This document shows positions 17,604-27,394 of a stretch of 32,000 bases of DNA, piece by piece (position 1 is the first letter of the stretch; each line of letters opens with the position of its first letter). Source of the stretch: Pseudoalteromonas translucida KMM 520 (GTDB lineage Bacteria; Pseudomonadota; Gammaproteobacteria; Enterobacterales; Alteromonadaceae); assembly GCF_001465295.1 (NCBI RefSeq), contig NZ_CP011034.1:1830001-1862000 (forward strand), written 5' to 3'. Under the pieces are notes generated by a model, which did no database searches, was not told the DNA's origin, and was given only the letters and a program-made list of their open reading frames with translations. The position numbers were made by a program, and so were the translations under genes.

Positions 17604-19178
17604 TTAGCTCATCGCCATCATCATTACCGATGGGTTTTCTAAATACGATTTCCAAAGGTTATTAAAACGGGCAATAGTGCCGCCATCAATCACGCGATGA
17701 TCCCCAGACCAACTCACCTGCATTATAGCTTTGCTTACCACTTGGCCGTTTTCATCAAAACGCGGTAAATGCTGTAGTTTACCCAAAGCAACAATAGCCA
17801 CTTCTGGTTTATTAATAATAGGCGTCGCAATAGTGCCGCCAATTGCGCCAATATTTGAAATACTAATAGTACCGCCTTTCAAATCATCTGGCGCAACGCG
17901 ACCTTCTCGCGCTGAGTCGGTTAAACGGGTTAAGTCGTTAGCAACTTCTACAATACTTTTGCTCTGACACGATTTAATATTAGGCACTAATAAACCTATT
18001 TTTGAGTCAACTGCAATCCCAATATTATGATCGTTATAATATGTCAGCTCGCTGCACTCATCATTTACTTTTGAATTAAGTACTGGGTACTCTTTCATGG
18101 CCAGCGATAATGCTTTAACAAAAAACGGCATCATGGTTAGTTTAATACCTTGTGCTTTATACTGCTCTTTTAAACGAGAGCGAAGCGCAATAAGCTCAGT
18201 TAAATCTACTTCATCACTAAAGGTAAAGTGTGGAATGGTCGAAACCGACGCCACCATTTGCTTAGCCATTGCCGCTTTTATGCCTTTAATTGGCTCTACA
18301 CGTGTACCACCTGAGTGTGTAACTGATGTTTTTTGCTCATTGCCACTGTGCAATGGTGAAGTATCAATAGTGTTAGGCACTTCGCCTTTTACAAACTCTT
18401 CGATGTCTTGTTTATAAATACGGCCATTTTTACCACTGCCCGGTACACAGGTTAAATCAACATCAAGTTCGCGTGCTTTACGACGAACTGCTGGCGATGC
18501 AACTGCTTTTTTATTCACAATTTTAGTTGTTTGCTCAGCTTTAATAGCCGCTGGTTTATCTGCTGCATTAGTTTGTGCTTTTACCACTGCTTGATTTATA
18601 TCAGCATCGGCTTTAGCTGCTTGCCCTGCTACCGCCATTTGGAATAACGGGCTGTGCACTTTGGCTATTTCACCTTTTTGATAATACAGTTTTTTTACAA
18701 CACCGGTATATTTTGCCGGTATTTGTACCAAGGCTTTGTCTGTCATTACATCACAAACTGCTTGATCCTCAACTATTTCTTCACCTTCGGCCACTAACCA
18801 GTCAACAATTTCACACTCAACAATACCTTCGCCTATATCTGGCAAAATAAAGTCTTCTAAGTGCTCGCTGCTATTATTACTGGCAACCGCTTGAGTTGCT
18901 TTTTCAGGTGTAGCATCTGCTTCTTCGCCAGCTGCTTCACCACTTACATTCATAGCAAATAATGGCCCATGAACCTTGGCAATTTCACCTTTTTGATAAT
19001 AAAGCTTGGTAATAACACCATCATGTACAGCTGGTATTTGCACTAATGCCTTGTCTGTCATTACATCACAAATAGGCTGATCTTCAGCCACAGTGTCACC
19101 TTCTGCTACAAGCCATTCAACAACTTCGCATTCAACAATGCCTTCACCAATATCGGGTAATATAAAATCTTTAGCCAT
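17604..19178 (-). CDS. bkdB: Branched-chain alpha-keto acid dehydrogenase E2 (dihydrolipoyl transacylase) with two lipoyl domains
   Basis: 524 aa. It has two lipoyl domains (DVMTDKA twice), a peripheral subunit-binding domain (ASPAVRRKARELDVDL) and a catalytic domain ending in the DHRVIDG motif. Confidence 0.9.
   Translation of the reverse strand: MAKDFILPDIGEGIVECEVVEWLVAEGDTVAEDQPICDVMTDKALVQIPAVHDGVITKLYYQKGEIAKVHGPLFAMNVSGEAAGEEADATPEKATQAVASNNSSEHLEDFILPDIGEGIVECEIVDWLVAEGEEIVEDQAVCDVMTDKALVQIPAKYTGVVKKLYYQKGEIAKVHSPLFQMAVAGQAAKADADINQAVVKAQTNAADKPAAIKAEQTTKIVNKKAVASPAVRRKARELDVDLTCVPGSGKNGRIYKQDIEEFVKGEVPNTIDTSPLHSGNEQKTSVTHSGGTRVEPIKGIKAAMAKQMVASVSTIPHFTFSDEVDLTELIALRSRLKEQYKAQGIKLTMMPFFVKALSLAMKEYPVLNSKVNDECSELTYYNDHNIGIAVDSKIGLLVPNIKSCQSKSIVEVANDLTRLTDSAREGRVAPDDLKGGTISISNIGAIGGTIATPIINKPEVAIVALGKLQHLPRFDENGQVVSKAIMQVSWSGDHRVIDGGTIARFNNLWKSYLENPSVMMMAMS
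18636..19169 (-). repeat. Intragenic tandem duplication encoding lipoyl domains 1 and 2 of bkdB
   Basis: aa 4-76 and aa 109-181 are identical at about 58 of 73 positions in my hand alignment, with an offset of 105 aa (315 nt). Many synonymous DNA differences separate the copies, although a 20-nt stretch tgtgatgtaatgacagacaa is identical. Confidence 0.85.
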
Positions 19179-19186
19179 GGTATCCC

Positions 19187-20164
19187 CTAAAAATCCATTG
19201 ATTGTTTAATTGCGGCCAATACTTTTAATGCATCCGGTACATATTCTTTTTCAAGCGCCAACGGATACGGCGTATCTAAGCCACACACGCGCATAATTGG
19301 CGATTCTAAATGTAGGAAACATTCTTGACCAATGGTTGCCGCTATTTCTGCGCCAAAGCCATTAGTAATTGGCGCTTCGTGGCTAACAATCAAGCGTCCG
19401 GTTTTAGTTACCGACTTTGCAATTGCCTCTACATCCCATGGTAAAATACTGCGTAAATCAATTACTTCACAGCTAATGCCTTGTTCACTTGCTTGTTTGG
19501 CGGCGTCTTCTATTATTTCCATTTGCGCGCCCCACGCAAGTAAGGTCACGTCTGTACCTTGCTGTACTACCTCGGCTTTTCCAAGCTCAATGGTGTAATC
19601 TTCTTCTGGCACTTCGCCAATTGATGCGCGGTATAAGCGTTTTGGTTCAAAAAACAATACCGGGTTGTCATCTTTGATTGCCGCGCGTAATAAGCCTTTT
19701 GCTTGGTACGGGTTGCGCGGCACAATAACTTTTAAGCCTGGTGTATGTGCAAAGTAAGCCTCGGGTGATTGTGAGTGGTACAAGCCCCCTGCAATTCCGC
19801 CGCCGTAAGGTGTACGAATAGTTAAATTACCCACATTAAACTCATTACCACTGCGGTAGCGAAATTTAGCTGATTCATTGACTATTTGGTCAAAGGCCGG
19901 AAATATATAATCTGCAAACTGAATTTCTGCCAGCGCTGGAGCGCCAAAAGCCGCTAAACCATTAGCAAAACCTAAAATACCTTGCTCTGTAAGCGGGGTA
20001 TTAAATACACGGTGTTTACCGTACTTCTCTTGTAAGCCTGAGGTTGCTCTAAATACACCACCAAAGTAACCCACATCTTCGCCAAAAATACAGGCTTGTG
20101 GATGCTCTGCCATCGTAATGTCAAGTGCAGAGTTAATTGCATGTAACATGTTCATTTTAGCCAT
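19187..20164 (-). CDS. bkdA2: Branched-chain alpha-keto acid dehydrogenase E1 beta subunit
   Basis: 325 aa. ...[18 protein letters not shown]...[14 protein letters not shown] is transketolase-like E1 beta. Its start overlaps the E1 alpha stop as TAATG. Confidence 0.92.
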   Translation of the reverse strand: MAKMNMLHAINSALDITMAEHPQACIFGEDVGYFGGVFRATSGLQEKYGKHRVFNTPLTEQGILGFANGLAAFGAPALAEIQFADYIFPAFDQIVNESAKFRYRSGNEFNVGNLTIRTPYGGGIAGGLYHSQSPEAYFAHTPGLKVIVPRNPYQAKGLLRAAIKDDNPVLFFEPKRLYRASIGEVPEEDYTIELGKAEVVQQGTDVTLLAWGAQMEIIEDAAKQASEQGISCEVIDLRSILPWDVEAIAKSVTKTGRLIVSHEAPITNGFGAEIAATIGQECFLHLESPIMRVCGLDTPYPLALEKEYVPDALKVLAAIKQSMDF

Positions 20165-21378
20165 TACTTAATTCTCCCTGCTGTAACTGGGTAGGCATCT
20201 GGATGCAGTTTTATATGCGCTTTTAGTTGCTCATACTGCCGTTGCAATGATGGAATTGGGGTATCGTAAACATCTGATATTAATTCTTCTAAAGCTGGCT
20301 TTGCTACTACTTCTGCACGTTTTAACGCAGCTAAAATCTCTTCACGAATTGATTCTTTAGCTTTTACATCGTCGGCTTCATTTAGCCAATCTTGCTTAAT
20401 TAGCCATTTTCTAAACTTGTCGATTGGACATACTTGATGATTAGCTTCTTCATCTTTAGAGCGATAACCACTTGGATCGTCTGAGGTCGAATGCGCACCT
20501 AAGCGATAAGCAATCGATTCAATTAAAATTGGCTCGCCTGTGCTCACTGCAATTTCACGGGCTTTTTTAGTTGCCGCATACACTGCAAGGGCATCTGTGC
20601 CATCAACACGAATTGTTTTAATACCATAACCAACGCCACGAGAAGCAATGCCGTCACCTTTAAACTGCTCATCTGCAGGGGTCGAAATAGCATAACCATT
20701 ATTACGTGCAAAAAATATTACCGGCGCTTGATGCACTGCGGCCATATTTACACCGGCATGAAAGTCTCCTTCAGACGCTGCGCCTTCACCAAAATAACAA
20801 ATAGTGATGTTATCTATAGTACTGGCAAGCTCACCTGTTTTAGCATCTATATGTTTAATTTTTTGACCATAGGCGTAGCCAGTCGCTTGTGGAATTTGTG
20901 TTCCTAATGGCGATGATATGGTCATATAGTTTAATGCTTTAGAACCATAATGAATCGGCATTTGTCGGCCTTTGCCTAAATCCAGTTCATTAGAAAACAT
21001 TTGGTTCATAAACTGATCAAGCGTAAAGCCACGATAATGAAGCGCCGCTTGTTCACGGTACTGGGCCATAATCATATCATTTTGATCAAGCGCGGCTGCA
21101 GAAGCTGTTACTGCAGCTTCTTCACCTAAACATTGCATATAAAAGCTAATGCGGCCTTGGCGCTGTGCACCTTGCATACGCTCATCTAACAAACGTATAA
21201 AGCGCATAGTTTCGTATAATTTAATTGCGGTATGTTTTGAAATGTCGGGTGCGGTTGCACCTGTATGAATCTCGCCGTCCTCAGTTAAAATACTAAGGGT
21301 TGGAATAGTTAACGCATTGCCATCGATAAACTCAAGCTTATGGTTAATATTCAGCGATACGTTATTTGGATTACTCAT
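20164..21378 (-). CDS. bkdA1: Branched-chain alpha-keto acid dehydrogenase E1 alpha subunit
   Basis: 404 aa. It has the TPP-binding motif [20 protein letters not shown]...[12 protein letters not shown] and the region [12 protein letters not shown]. Confidence 0.92.
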   Translation of the reverse strand: MSNPNNVSLNINHKLEFIDGNALTIPTLSILTEDGEIHTGATAPDISKHTAIKLYETMRFIRLLDERMQGAQRQGRISFYMQCLGEEAAVTASAAALDQNDMIMAQYREQAALHYRGFTLDQFMNQMFSNELDLGKGRQMPIHYGSKALNYMTISSPLGTQIPQATGYAYGQKIKHIDAKTGELASTIDNITICYFGEGAASEGDFHAGVNMAAVHQAPVIFFARNNGYAISTPADEQFKGDGIASRGVGYGIKTIRVDGTDALAVYAATKKAREIAVSTGEPILIESIAYRLGAHSTSDDPSGYRSKDEEANHQVCPIDKFRKWLIKQDWLNEADDVKAKESIREEILAALKRAEVVAKPALEELISDVYDTPIPSLQRQYEQLKAHIKLHPDAYPVTAGRIK

Positions 21379-21489
21379 AACCTACCTTCTTTTGTTGTCG
21401 ATAAAACAGTGCCCATTAAATTATTATTGTGGGTTGATTGCTGCGAATAAACTTTGCAACATCTGCACTGTCTTTAATTAAAGCTGCCG

Positions 21490-21513
21490 ACACTTTACGT
21501 TAACGTAAAGTGT
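21490..21513. promoter_or_regulatory. 24-bp perfect palindrome acacTTTACGTtaACGTAAAgtgt upstream of the bkd operon (candidate operator)
   Basis: Self-complementary by direct reading, and 112-135 nt upstream of the bkdA1 ATG. On the minus strand it sits between and over a plausible promoter (TTGAAT, 17-nt spacer, TAAAGT). It shares the ACGT-N2-ACGT core with the etf sites. Confidence 0.6.
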
Positions 21514-21566
21514 TATTCAACAAGTCTGTGACGAAACAAAACTAAATAGTGAGTATAAAAATGGCA

Positions 21567-21614
21567 AGTTAACTATACAGATATTTTACTATTTATTAAT
21601 CATATAGTTAACTT
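21567..21614 (-). terminator. Possible terminator after astE
   Basis: A 12-bp perfect inverted repeat (aagttaactata / tatagttaactt) has a 24-nt AT-rich loop. On the minus strand it is followed by gccattttta. The large loop makes it atypical. Confidence 0.35.
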
Positions 21615-21642
21615 ATTACAACAAGTGGTCTGATCAGCTACT

Positions 21643-22698
21643 TTAAATAAAGTTACTGTCTATCGCCATTGGCACAACAGTGAGTAGCGCTCGCTGTCCA
21701 ATAGCCACGTTAGCGTTAGGGAAAATAATCGCCTCTCCTTGCACATCGGCGTAGTAAGGTGTATCGCCATCAGTAGCTAACAACTCACCCTTAGCAAAAC
21801 CTGTGAAGTTTTCGGCCTGATCTGAAAATGGAAAACTAAATTCATTTTGCGTTCTATTTATAGTGCGATGTACTGTAAACAGCTCAAATTCATCTGCATT
21901 AAATTCTGGATAATCAACATTATCTTGGCTAATTAATGCAGTGAGTGTTTTTTTGGTTTTTGCAAAACGGCTCATGTCATTCTCACCAAAGGGCTTAACT
22001 TGGCCAAGCTCCACCGTAAACGAATCGGCGCCATGCACAAATGATGAATAATAACTAAAAGTGGTTGCTGGAGATTTCATCATTAATACGGTATTTACCC
22101 CACAACTTAATAAAAACTGTAATTGCGACTTTTTCCACGGTTTACCATGTAAATAGGGGTACACTGCAAATTTTTCGTTTTTAGAGCCACGAATTGCAGT
22201 ATGTAAATCATAATGGCAGCGGCTGCTACCCTGCTCGCCTCGGCTAAAAAAGTCACTTACATATTGTTCAAGCTTTGCAGCGCGGGTACGCTCATTATTC
22301 ATTGGTACACCTTCAACTGTATGGTGACCGTTAAATAATCTATTTAGGTTTTCTTCTACAAAACGCAGGCCAATATTAATTGATTGCGGATTACCGAAAA
22401 TAAATAAAGCGCGCTGTTTTAGGAGCAGCTCACCGGCGATAATTTGTTTAATTAATTCGTCGCATATTTCGATTGGCGCGGTTTCGTTTCCGTGCACTGC
22501 ACTTGAGTACACTACGTCTTTGCTTGAAACAGTCGCCGGTTGAAACTCTATAACACCGGTATCATGAATAGTAACTACGGTGCCATTATTAAGAGTGAAC
22601 TCCCCTGCGGCTAAGTGCCATTCGTTATTACGGCTTAGCGTTAAAAAGTCGCCCGTTTGTTTTAATTCTTCGATGTAATCTGGGATAGTGGCTGACAT
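21643..22698 (-). CDS. astE: Succinylglutamate desuccinylase (AstE/AspA family zinc hydrolase)
   Basis: [12 protein letters not shown]...FGNP...NLNRLF...[10 protein letters not shown]...[15 protein letters not shown] aligns well by eye with E. coli AstE. I prefer the ATG at 22698 (MSATIPDY) because the longer track ORF starts at a TTG. Confidence 0.85.
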   Translation of the reverse strand: MSATIPDYIEELKQTGDFLTLSRNNEWHLAAGEFTLNNGTVVTIHDTGVIEFQPATVSSKDVVYSSAVHGNETAPIEICDELIKQIIAGELLLKQRALFIFGNPQSINIGLRFVEENLNRLFNGHHTVEGVPMNNERTRAAKLEQYVSDFFSRGEQGSSRCHYDLHTAIRGSKNEKFAVYPYLHGKPWKKSQLQFLLSCGVNTVLMMKSPATTFSYYSSFVHGADSFTVELGQVKPFGENDMSRFAKTKKTLTALISQDNVDYPEFNADEFELFTVHRTINRTQNEFSFPFSDQAENFTGFAKGELLATDGDTPYYADVQGEAIIFPNANVAIGQRALLTVVPMAIDSNFI

Positions 22699-22742
22699 AT
22701 GGATAAAAGCCCTTTGTAAAATTAAATTATGCAATTAAAAAC

Positions 22743-22771
22743 AAAAACGGCTGATTAAATCAGCCGTTTTT
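22743..22771 (-). terminator. Terminator after pgm (bidirectional shape)
   Basis: aaaaacggctgatt-aaa-tcagccgttttt. Confidence 0.8.
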
Positions 22772-22788
22772 AAGTAATATAAGCGATA

Positions 22789-24426
22789 TTAGCTAATAAC
22801 TGAGTCTACTAGCTTTTTAGCTTCTTTTTCAAGTAGTGCTAAATGCGCTTCACCTTTAAACGATTCAAGGTAAATTTTGTATATGTCTTCGGTACCCGAT
22901 GGACGCGCTGCAAACCAACCACTTTCGGTAACTACTTTTAAACCACCAATTGGCGCATTATTACCAGGCGCATGGGTTAGCTTTTGTAAAATAGGTTCAC
23001 CTGCGAGTGTATCGGCTTTAACGTCGTCGGCACTAAGGGCTTTTAAACGCGATTTTTGCGTGCTTGTAGCCGGTGCGTCTATACGTTTATAAAGCGGCGA
23101 GCCAAATTCTTGCTCTAACTCTTTATAAAGGGCAGATGGTGTTTTACCGGTAACAGCAAGTATTTCGGCCGCTAATAAGCCCATAATAAAGCCATCTTTG
23201 TCGGTACACCAAACACTGCCGTCAAAACGTAAAAATGCGGCGCCGGCACTTTCTTCGCCGCCAAAGGCTAACTTGCCTTTATTTAACCCTTCAACAAACC
23301 ATTTAAAGCCAACCGGTACTTCTTTTACTTTACGCTCATTGCGCTCAGTAACTTTGTCGATCATTGAGCTGGAAACTAACGTTTTACCAATTTGCACGTT
23401 TGCGTTCCAGTCACGATTTTTAAGTAAATAATCAATCGCTACGGCTAAAAAGTGATTAGGGTTCATTAAACCATCTGGCGTTACTATGCCATGGCGGTCG
23501 TAATCTGGATCATTACCAATGGCAATATCAAAATCGTCTTTAAGCGCAATAAGGTTGGCCATTGAATAAGGTGATGAGCAATCCATACGAATTTTGCCAT
23601 CTTTATCAAGTGGCATAAATGCAAAACGAGGATCAACAACATCATTTACAACGCTAATGTCTAAATTATATTTTTTAGCAATAACCGGCCAAAAATTTAT
23701 GCCTGAGCCGCCCAACGGATCAACACCAATTTTAATACCCGCTTCGCTAATCGCTTTTAAATTAACAATATTTTCTAGATCATTAATATACGGGGTCATT
23801 AAGTCTTGGTATTTAATAAACCCTGAGCGCGAGGCTTTAGCAAACGGAAATAATTCCACTTCAACTAAGTCTTCTAATAGTAGTTGGTTTGCTCTGTCTT
23901 CAATCCATTTAGTTACGTCGGTATCGGCAGGCCCGCCATCGGGTGGGTTGTATTTAAACCCGCCATCCTCTGGTGGGTTATGCGAAGGCGTAACCACAAT
24001 GCCGTCGGCTAATTCATTTGGGTGCAGCTTGTTGTAACTTACAATAGCGTGGCTAATTACCGGTGTTGGAGTAAAGTCACCATCTTCTTGGGTGATCACT
24101 TGCACTTCGTTGGCTACTAATACTTCTATTGCCGAATTAAAAGCCGCTTCACTTAAAGCGTGGGTGTCTTTTCCTAAAAATAACGGGCCAAAAATATCGT
24201 TTTGTTTTCTGTAGTCACAAATAGCTTGAGTAATAGAGAGTATGTGCGATTCGTTAAATTTAACATCGTATGAGCAACCACGATGCCCTGATGTACCAAA
24301 TGCAACGCAATGCTCTGGATTCTGCTCAAGGTCTGGCTCATTTAAATAATACGCAGAGACTAATTTAGGTACATTTATTAATACCGATTGTGGAGCTGGT
24401 TTGCCCGCACCTGGATGAATAGCCAT
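22789..24426 (-). CDS. pgm: Phosphoglucomutase, alpha-D-glucose phosphate-specific
   Basis: 545 aa. It has the active-site loop [15 protein letters not shown], the metal loop [10 protein letters not shown] and the motifs GGEESAG and RPSGTE. It lies downstream of seqA, as in E. coli. Confidence 0.95.
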   Translation of the reverse strand: MAIHPGAGKPAPQSVLINVPKLVSAYYLNEPDLEQNPEHCVAFGTSGHRGCSYDVKFNESHILSITQAICDYRKQNDIFGPLFLGKDTHALSEAAFNSAIEVLVANEVQVITQEDGDFTPTPVISHAIVSYNKLHPNELADGIVVTPSHNPPEDGGFKYNPPDGGPADTDVTKWIEDRANQLLLEDLVEVELFPFAKASRSGFIKYQDLMTPYINDLENIVNLKAISEAGIKIGVDPLGGSGINFWPVIAKKYNLDISVVNDVVDPRFAFMPLDKDGKIRMDCSSPYSMANLIALKDDFDIAIGNDPDYDRHGIVTPDGLMNPNHFLAVAIDYLLKNRDWNANVQIGKTLVSSSMIDKVTERNERKVKEVPVGFKWFVEGLNKGKLAFGGEESAGAAFLRFDGSVWCTDKDGFIMGLLAAEILAVTGKTPSALYKELEQEFGSPLYKRIDAPATSTQKSRLKALSADDVKADTLAGEPILQKLTHAPGNNAPIGGLKVVTESGWFAARPSGTEDIYKIYLESFKGEAHLALLEKEAKKLVDSVIS

Positions 24427-24435
24427 AGTATTTCC

Positions 24436-25029
24436 TTACAGGTAGTCGCGAATTTTTTCAGCTTGTTCTGTGCTATAACCTAAACACAAAGCAACTTCAT
24501 GAAGCATCATTTTTTTACGTGTAGTGTTAGAATTTGTCATTACCCAGTACTCACTGTCGGTGATGTTTTTAGGGTTCATACTGCTACCACTATTAACTAA
24601 GTCTTCTTTGCTAGTAGCAAAGTAAACGCGATCACGGCCTTTTATATCTAATACGGCGCGAAAGTCAGTTTTATGGGTACGGTAAAATGCACTTAAAATA
24701 AATAAAAACCGACCCACAACGCCCTTCTGCATTGCCAACTCTTCTTTATTTAATACATTAAATACATTCGCATTTTTTTGCTGCACTGATTTCTCAGCTA
24801 CTGTACTTGGCTTAGCAGCAGGCGCAGGTGTTTGCTCTGCTACAGGGGTAATTTTAGGCAAGGTAGTTGTTGTTTGATTATTTTGATTAAGCTCTACGTT
24901 TGCGGTCTGAATTTTTTCGCCGCTCAGATTTAATAAACGACGTAAAATAGTGGATGCGCTCTCACCAATACTTTGCGTATTGCTGGCAATATACTGATAT
25001 AACTCGTCGTCTATGTCGATTTGTTTCAT
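24436..25029 (-). CDS. seqA: Replication initiation negative regulator SeqA
   Basis: MKQIDIDDELYQYIASNTQSIGESASTILRRLL is the SeqA N-terminal oligomerisation domain. The C-terminal part resembles the hemimethylated-GATC-binding domain. The ATG at 25029 has an AGGAAG Shine-Dalgarno, and the track's longer ORF is unlikely. Confidence 0.9.
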   Translation of the reverse strand: MKQIDIDDELYQYIASNTQSIGESASTILRRLLNLSGEKIQTANVELNQNNQTTTTLPKITPVAEQTPAPAAKPSTVAEKSVQQKNANVFNVLNKEELAMQKGVVGRFLFILSAFYRTHKTDFRAVLDIKGRDRVYFATSKEDLVNSGSSMNPKNITDSEYWVMTNSNTTRKKMMLHEVALCLGYSTEQAEKIRDYL

Positions 25030-25292
25030 GTTCTTCCTGTCATTACGGCCACATTTTTCTTTCCGTGTGATTATACCCAAACCAGTTAGAAATGCGAGTT
25101 ACAACAAACCCCGCTGTAAACATATATTTTAAATTACTTATGTACGCTATTTAAATTACTATCTAGCACGATTAAATAGCTAAATATTGTTGATAAAGCA
25201 GGCAGCAGCCCAATATTATATTTTGTGACTGTATTTTTTGCTTTTTAAGCAAATGCTCGTCACACTATGGCGAATTTTACACTGAGGCTAAT

Positions 25293-26060
25293 ATGCAGTT
25301 AAATTATAAGCAACAAGGGCAAGGCCCACATGTTATTTTAATTCATGGGCTTTTTGGATCATTAGAGAACTTAAACGTGATCGCAAAACCCCTTAGTGAA
25401 TTTTATACCGTAACCAATGTCGATTTACGTAACCATGGCAAATCGCCCCATAGCGATACAATGACTTATGCGGCAATGGCCCAAGATATTATTGAATTAT
25501 TAACGCATTTGAACATAGATAAAGCGCACATTATAGGCCACTCTATGGGCGGGAAAGTAGCAATGGAATTGGCATTAACCCATCCAGAGCACGTTAATAA
25601 ATTAATCGTACTTGATATAGCACCTGTTAGTTACCCTGCTCGTCACACTAAAATTATTCAAGCACTTAAAGCGGTTGCAAACGAGTCTATTACAGATAGG
25701 AAGCATGCCGATGCAATTATGCAGCCTTTTATAGACGAGCTGGGTGTGCGTCAGTTTTTATTAAAAAGTTTAGCTAAAAACGATGAAGGCAATTTTGCAT
25801 GGCGGTTTAATTTATCGAGTCTTGATAAAAATTATTCTATAATTACCGACAATGTTAATGAAAACAATTCTTGTTTGTGCGACACTCTATTTATTAAAGG
25901 CAATGATTCTGACTATATATTAGCTGAGCACAGAGCGGCTATTAATGCGCGCTTTAGTAATGCCAGTGCAAAAATAATTCACGGTGCTGGCCATTGGTTG
26001 CATGCGCAAAAGCCGTTAGCAGTGAATAAAGCAATAAATGACTTTTTAACTGCGATTTAA
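25293..26060 (+). CDS. ybfF: Alpha/beta-hydrolase esterase YbfF
   Basis: It has the nucleophile elbow GHSMGG and the C-terminal histidine motif AGHWLHAQKP. It is divergent from seqA, as in E. coli. Confidence 0.85.
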   Translation: MQLNYKQQGQGPHVILIHGLFGSLENLNVIAKPLSEFYTVTNVDLRNHGKSPHSDTMTYAAMAQDIIELLTHLNIDKAHIIGHSMGGKVAMELALTHPEHVNKLIVLDIAPVSYPARHTKIIQALKAVANESITDRKHADAIMQPFIDELGVRQFLLKSLAKNDEGNFAWRFNLSSLDKNYSIITDNVNENNSCLCDTLFIKGNDSDYILAEHRAAINARFSNASAKIIHGAGHWLHAQKPLAVNKAINDFLTAI

Positions 26061-26155
26061 ACTCATTTTAATCGCTTGTTTTTGATTTTGCGCACTAAAA
26101 AGTCGTATATTTATATGCTATAGTATGCGCCGTTTAATTTAAAGGTTACACGTTG

Positions 26156-26377
26156 ATGGTCAGTCAGTTAATTAACGAATTTGATACCTTAGGGTTGTAT
26201 TTTGGCTTAGCCGGTATTTTTATATTTATCGGTATGGCAATTAAAGACGTACTAAAAAGCGGCAATGTACCCAAGTTTGGTCGTTACATTGTTTGGGCTG
26301 TACTTTTTTTAGGGTGTTCTGGCTTTATTGCTAAAGGGCTTATTCAAGTATTTTGGCAAGGCGCAGGTGTAGGTTAA
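26156..26377 (+). CDS. Small membrane protein, DUF2788-like
   Basis: 73 aa with two predicted TM helices. The family call is from recall. I prefer the ATG at 26156 to the TTG at 26153. Its stop lies 2 nt before the ybfE start. Confidence 0.55.
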   Translation: MVSQLINEFDTLGLYFGLAGIFIFIGMAIKDVLKSGNVPKFGRYIVWAVLFLGCSGFIAKGLIQVFWQGAGVG

Positions 26378-26379
26378 GC

Positions 26380-26658
26380 ATGGCCAAGTCAGAAACAGAT
26401 AGAACAACGCTCGATTTATTTGAATACGAAAAACGCCCAGGCAGACCTAAAACCAATCCCCTTCCACGGGATATGCAGTTAAAGGTTAATAAACGTAATC
26501 AAATAAAAAGAGATAAAGCACGTGGTTTAAAGCGTGTTGAATTTAAAGTTTCTTCACAGTTATATCAGGCACTTAGTGATATGGCAGATGCACAAAATAT
26601 TAGCCGCAGTGTGTTGATTGAAACAATTTTACAAGAAAGATTGGCTATTGATAGATAA
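26380..26658 (+). CDS. ybfE: YbfE-like (LexA-regulated protein family) CopG/RHH-type small protein
   Basis: MAKSETDRTTLDLF...RPGRPKTNPL.R..QLKVNKRNQ..RDK..GLKRVE resembles E. coli YbfE, and its position directly upstream of fldA matches E. coli. The ATG at 26380 is preferred over the track's TTG. Confidence 0.7.
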   Translation: MAKSETDRTTLDLFEYEKRPGRPKTNPLPRDMQLKVNKRNQIKRDKARGLKRVEFKVSSQLYQALSDMADAQNISRSVLIETILQERLAIDR

Positions 26659-26670
26659 AAGGTTTAATCC

Positions 26671-27198
26671 ATGGCAAGTGTAGGCATTTTTTTCGGAAGT
26701 GACACAGGTAATACAGAACACGTAGCAAAAATGATCCAAAAAGAATTGGGTAAAAAGCTCGTAGCTGTACATGATATTGCAAAAAGCTCTAAAGAAGAGA
26801 TTGCTGAATTTGATTTAATCTTATTTGGTATTCCTACTTGGTATTATGGCGAAGCGCAATGTGATTGGGATGATTTTTTTCCTGAGCTTGAAGAAGTAGA
26901 CTTTGAAGGTAAGCTGGTTGCTATTTTTGGTTGTGGTGACCAAGAAGACTACGCAGAGTACTTTTTAGATGCAATGGGCATGGTTAACGATATAGTTACT
27001 GAACGTGGTGCTATTGTGGTTGGTCATTGGCCAAGTGAAAGCTATAACTTTGAAGCATCTAAAGGTATTGCTGATGACAAACATTTTGTTGGTTTAGGCA
27101 TCGATGAAGACCGTCAACCAGAACTCACTGAGCAGCGTGTTAAAGCCTGGTCTGCGCAAGTTTATGAAGAAATGTGTTTAAGCGAACTTGCTGATTAA
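26671..27198 (+). CDS. fldA: Flavodoxin I
   Basis: 175 aa. GIFFGSDTGNTE is the FMN phosphate-binding loop, and ...GIPTWYYGE...FGCGDQEDYAEYF is long-chain flavodoxin. Confidence 0.95.
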   Translation: MASVGIFFGSDTGNTEHVAKMIQKELGKKLVAVHDIAKSSKEEIAEFDLILFGIPTWYYGEAQCDWDDFFPELEEVDFEGKLVAIFGCGDQEDYAEYFLDAMGMVNDIVTERGAIVVGHWPSESYNFEASKGIADDKHFVGLGIDEDRQPELTEQRVKAWSAQVYEEMCLSELAD

Positions 27199-27324
27199 CT
27201 TTATTTTTTCTTGGTTTTTGCTTAAATTAGTAGCAATATATTAGTAAATGCGCTTTTATCGGTATTTATTAGCTTTGACCTTTGCACTTAGTAGCTAGGC
27301 ACGTTACCCTTACCGGTTGATGTG

Positions 27325-27349
27325 TCGTGTACATCTATTCGTGTACATC
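27325..27349. repeat. Tandem direct repeat tcgtgtacatc (two copies, 14-bp period) upstream of fur
   Basis: 27325-27335 and 27339-27349 are identical 11-mers, each containing the palindrome TGTACA. They lie 46-70 nt upstream of the fur ATG and are followed by the 10-bp palindrome ccttgcaagg (27349-27358). Confidence 0.6.
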
Positions 27350-27394
27350 CTTGCAAGGTGTCTAGTATAACCAAACAAAATTGAGACAGATTTA

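Noticed and set aside
21379-21420. 13-codon upstream ORF ([13 protein letters not shown]) ending in an ATGA overlap with bkdA1, plus a 12-codon ORF (MLQSLFAAINPQ) in the bkd leader. I considered these as a possible BCAA attenuation leader peptide.
   Set aside because: Neither has a Shine-Dalgarno, neither is enriched in Leu/Ile/Val runs, and no alternative terminator/antiterminator structure follows. They are most likely chance.
26104-26118. AT-rich near-palindrome cGTATATttATATgC upstream of the DUF2788-ybfE unit. I considered it as a LexA box because E. coli ybfE is reported as LexA-regulated.
   Set aside because: It lacks the essential CTG...CAG ends of the CTGT-N8-ACAG consensus. It is more likely part of the -10 region of the promoter.
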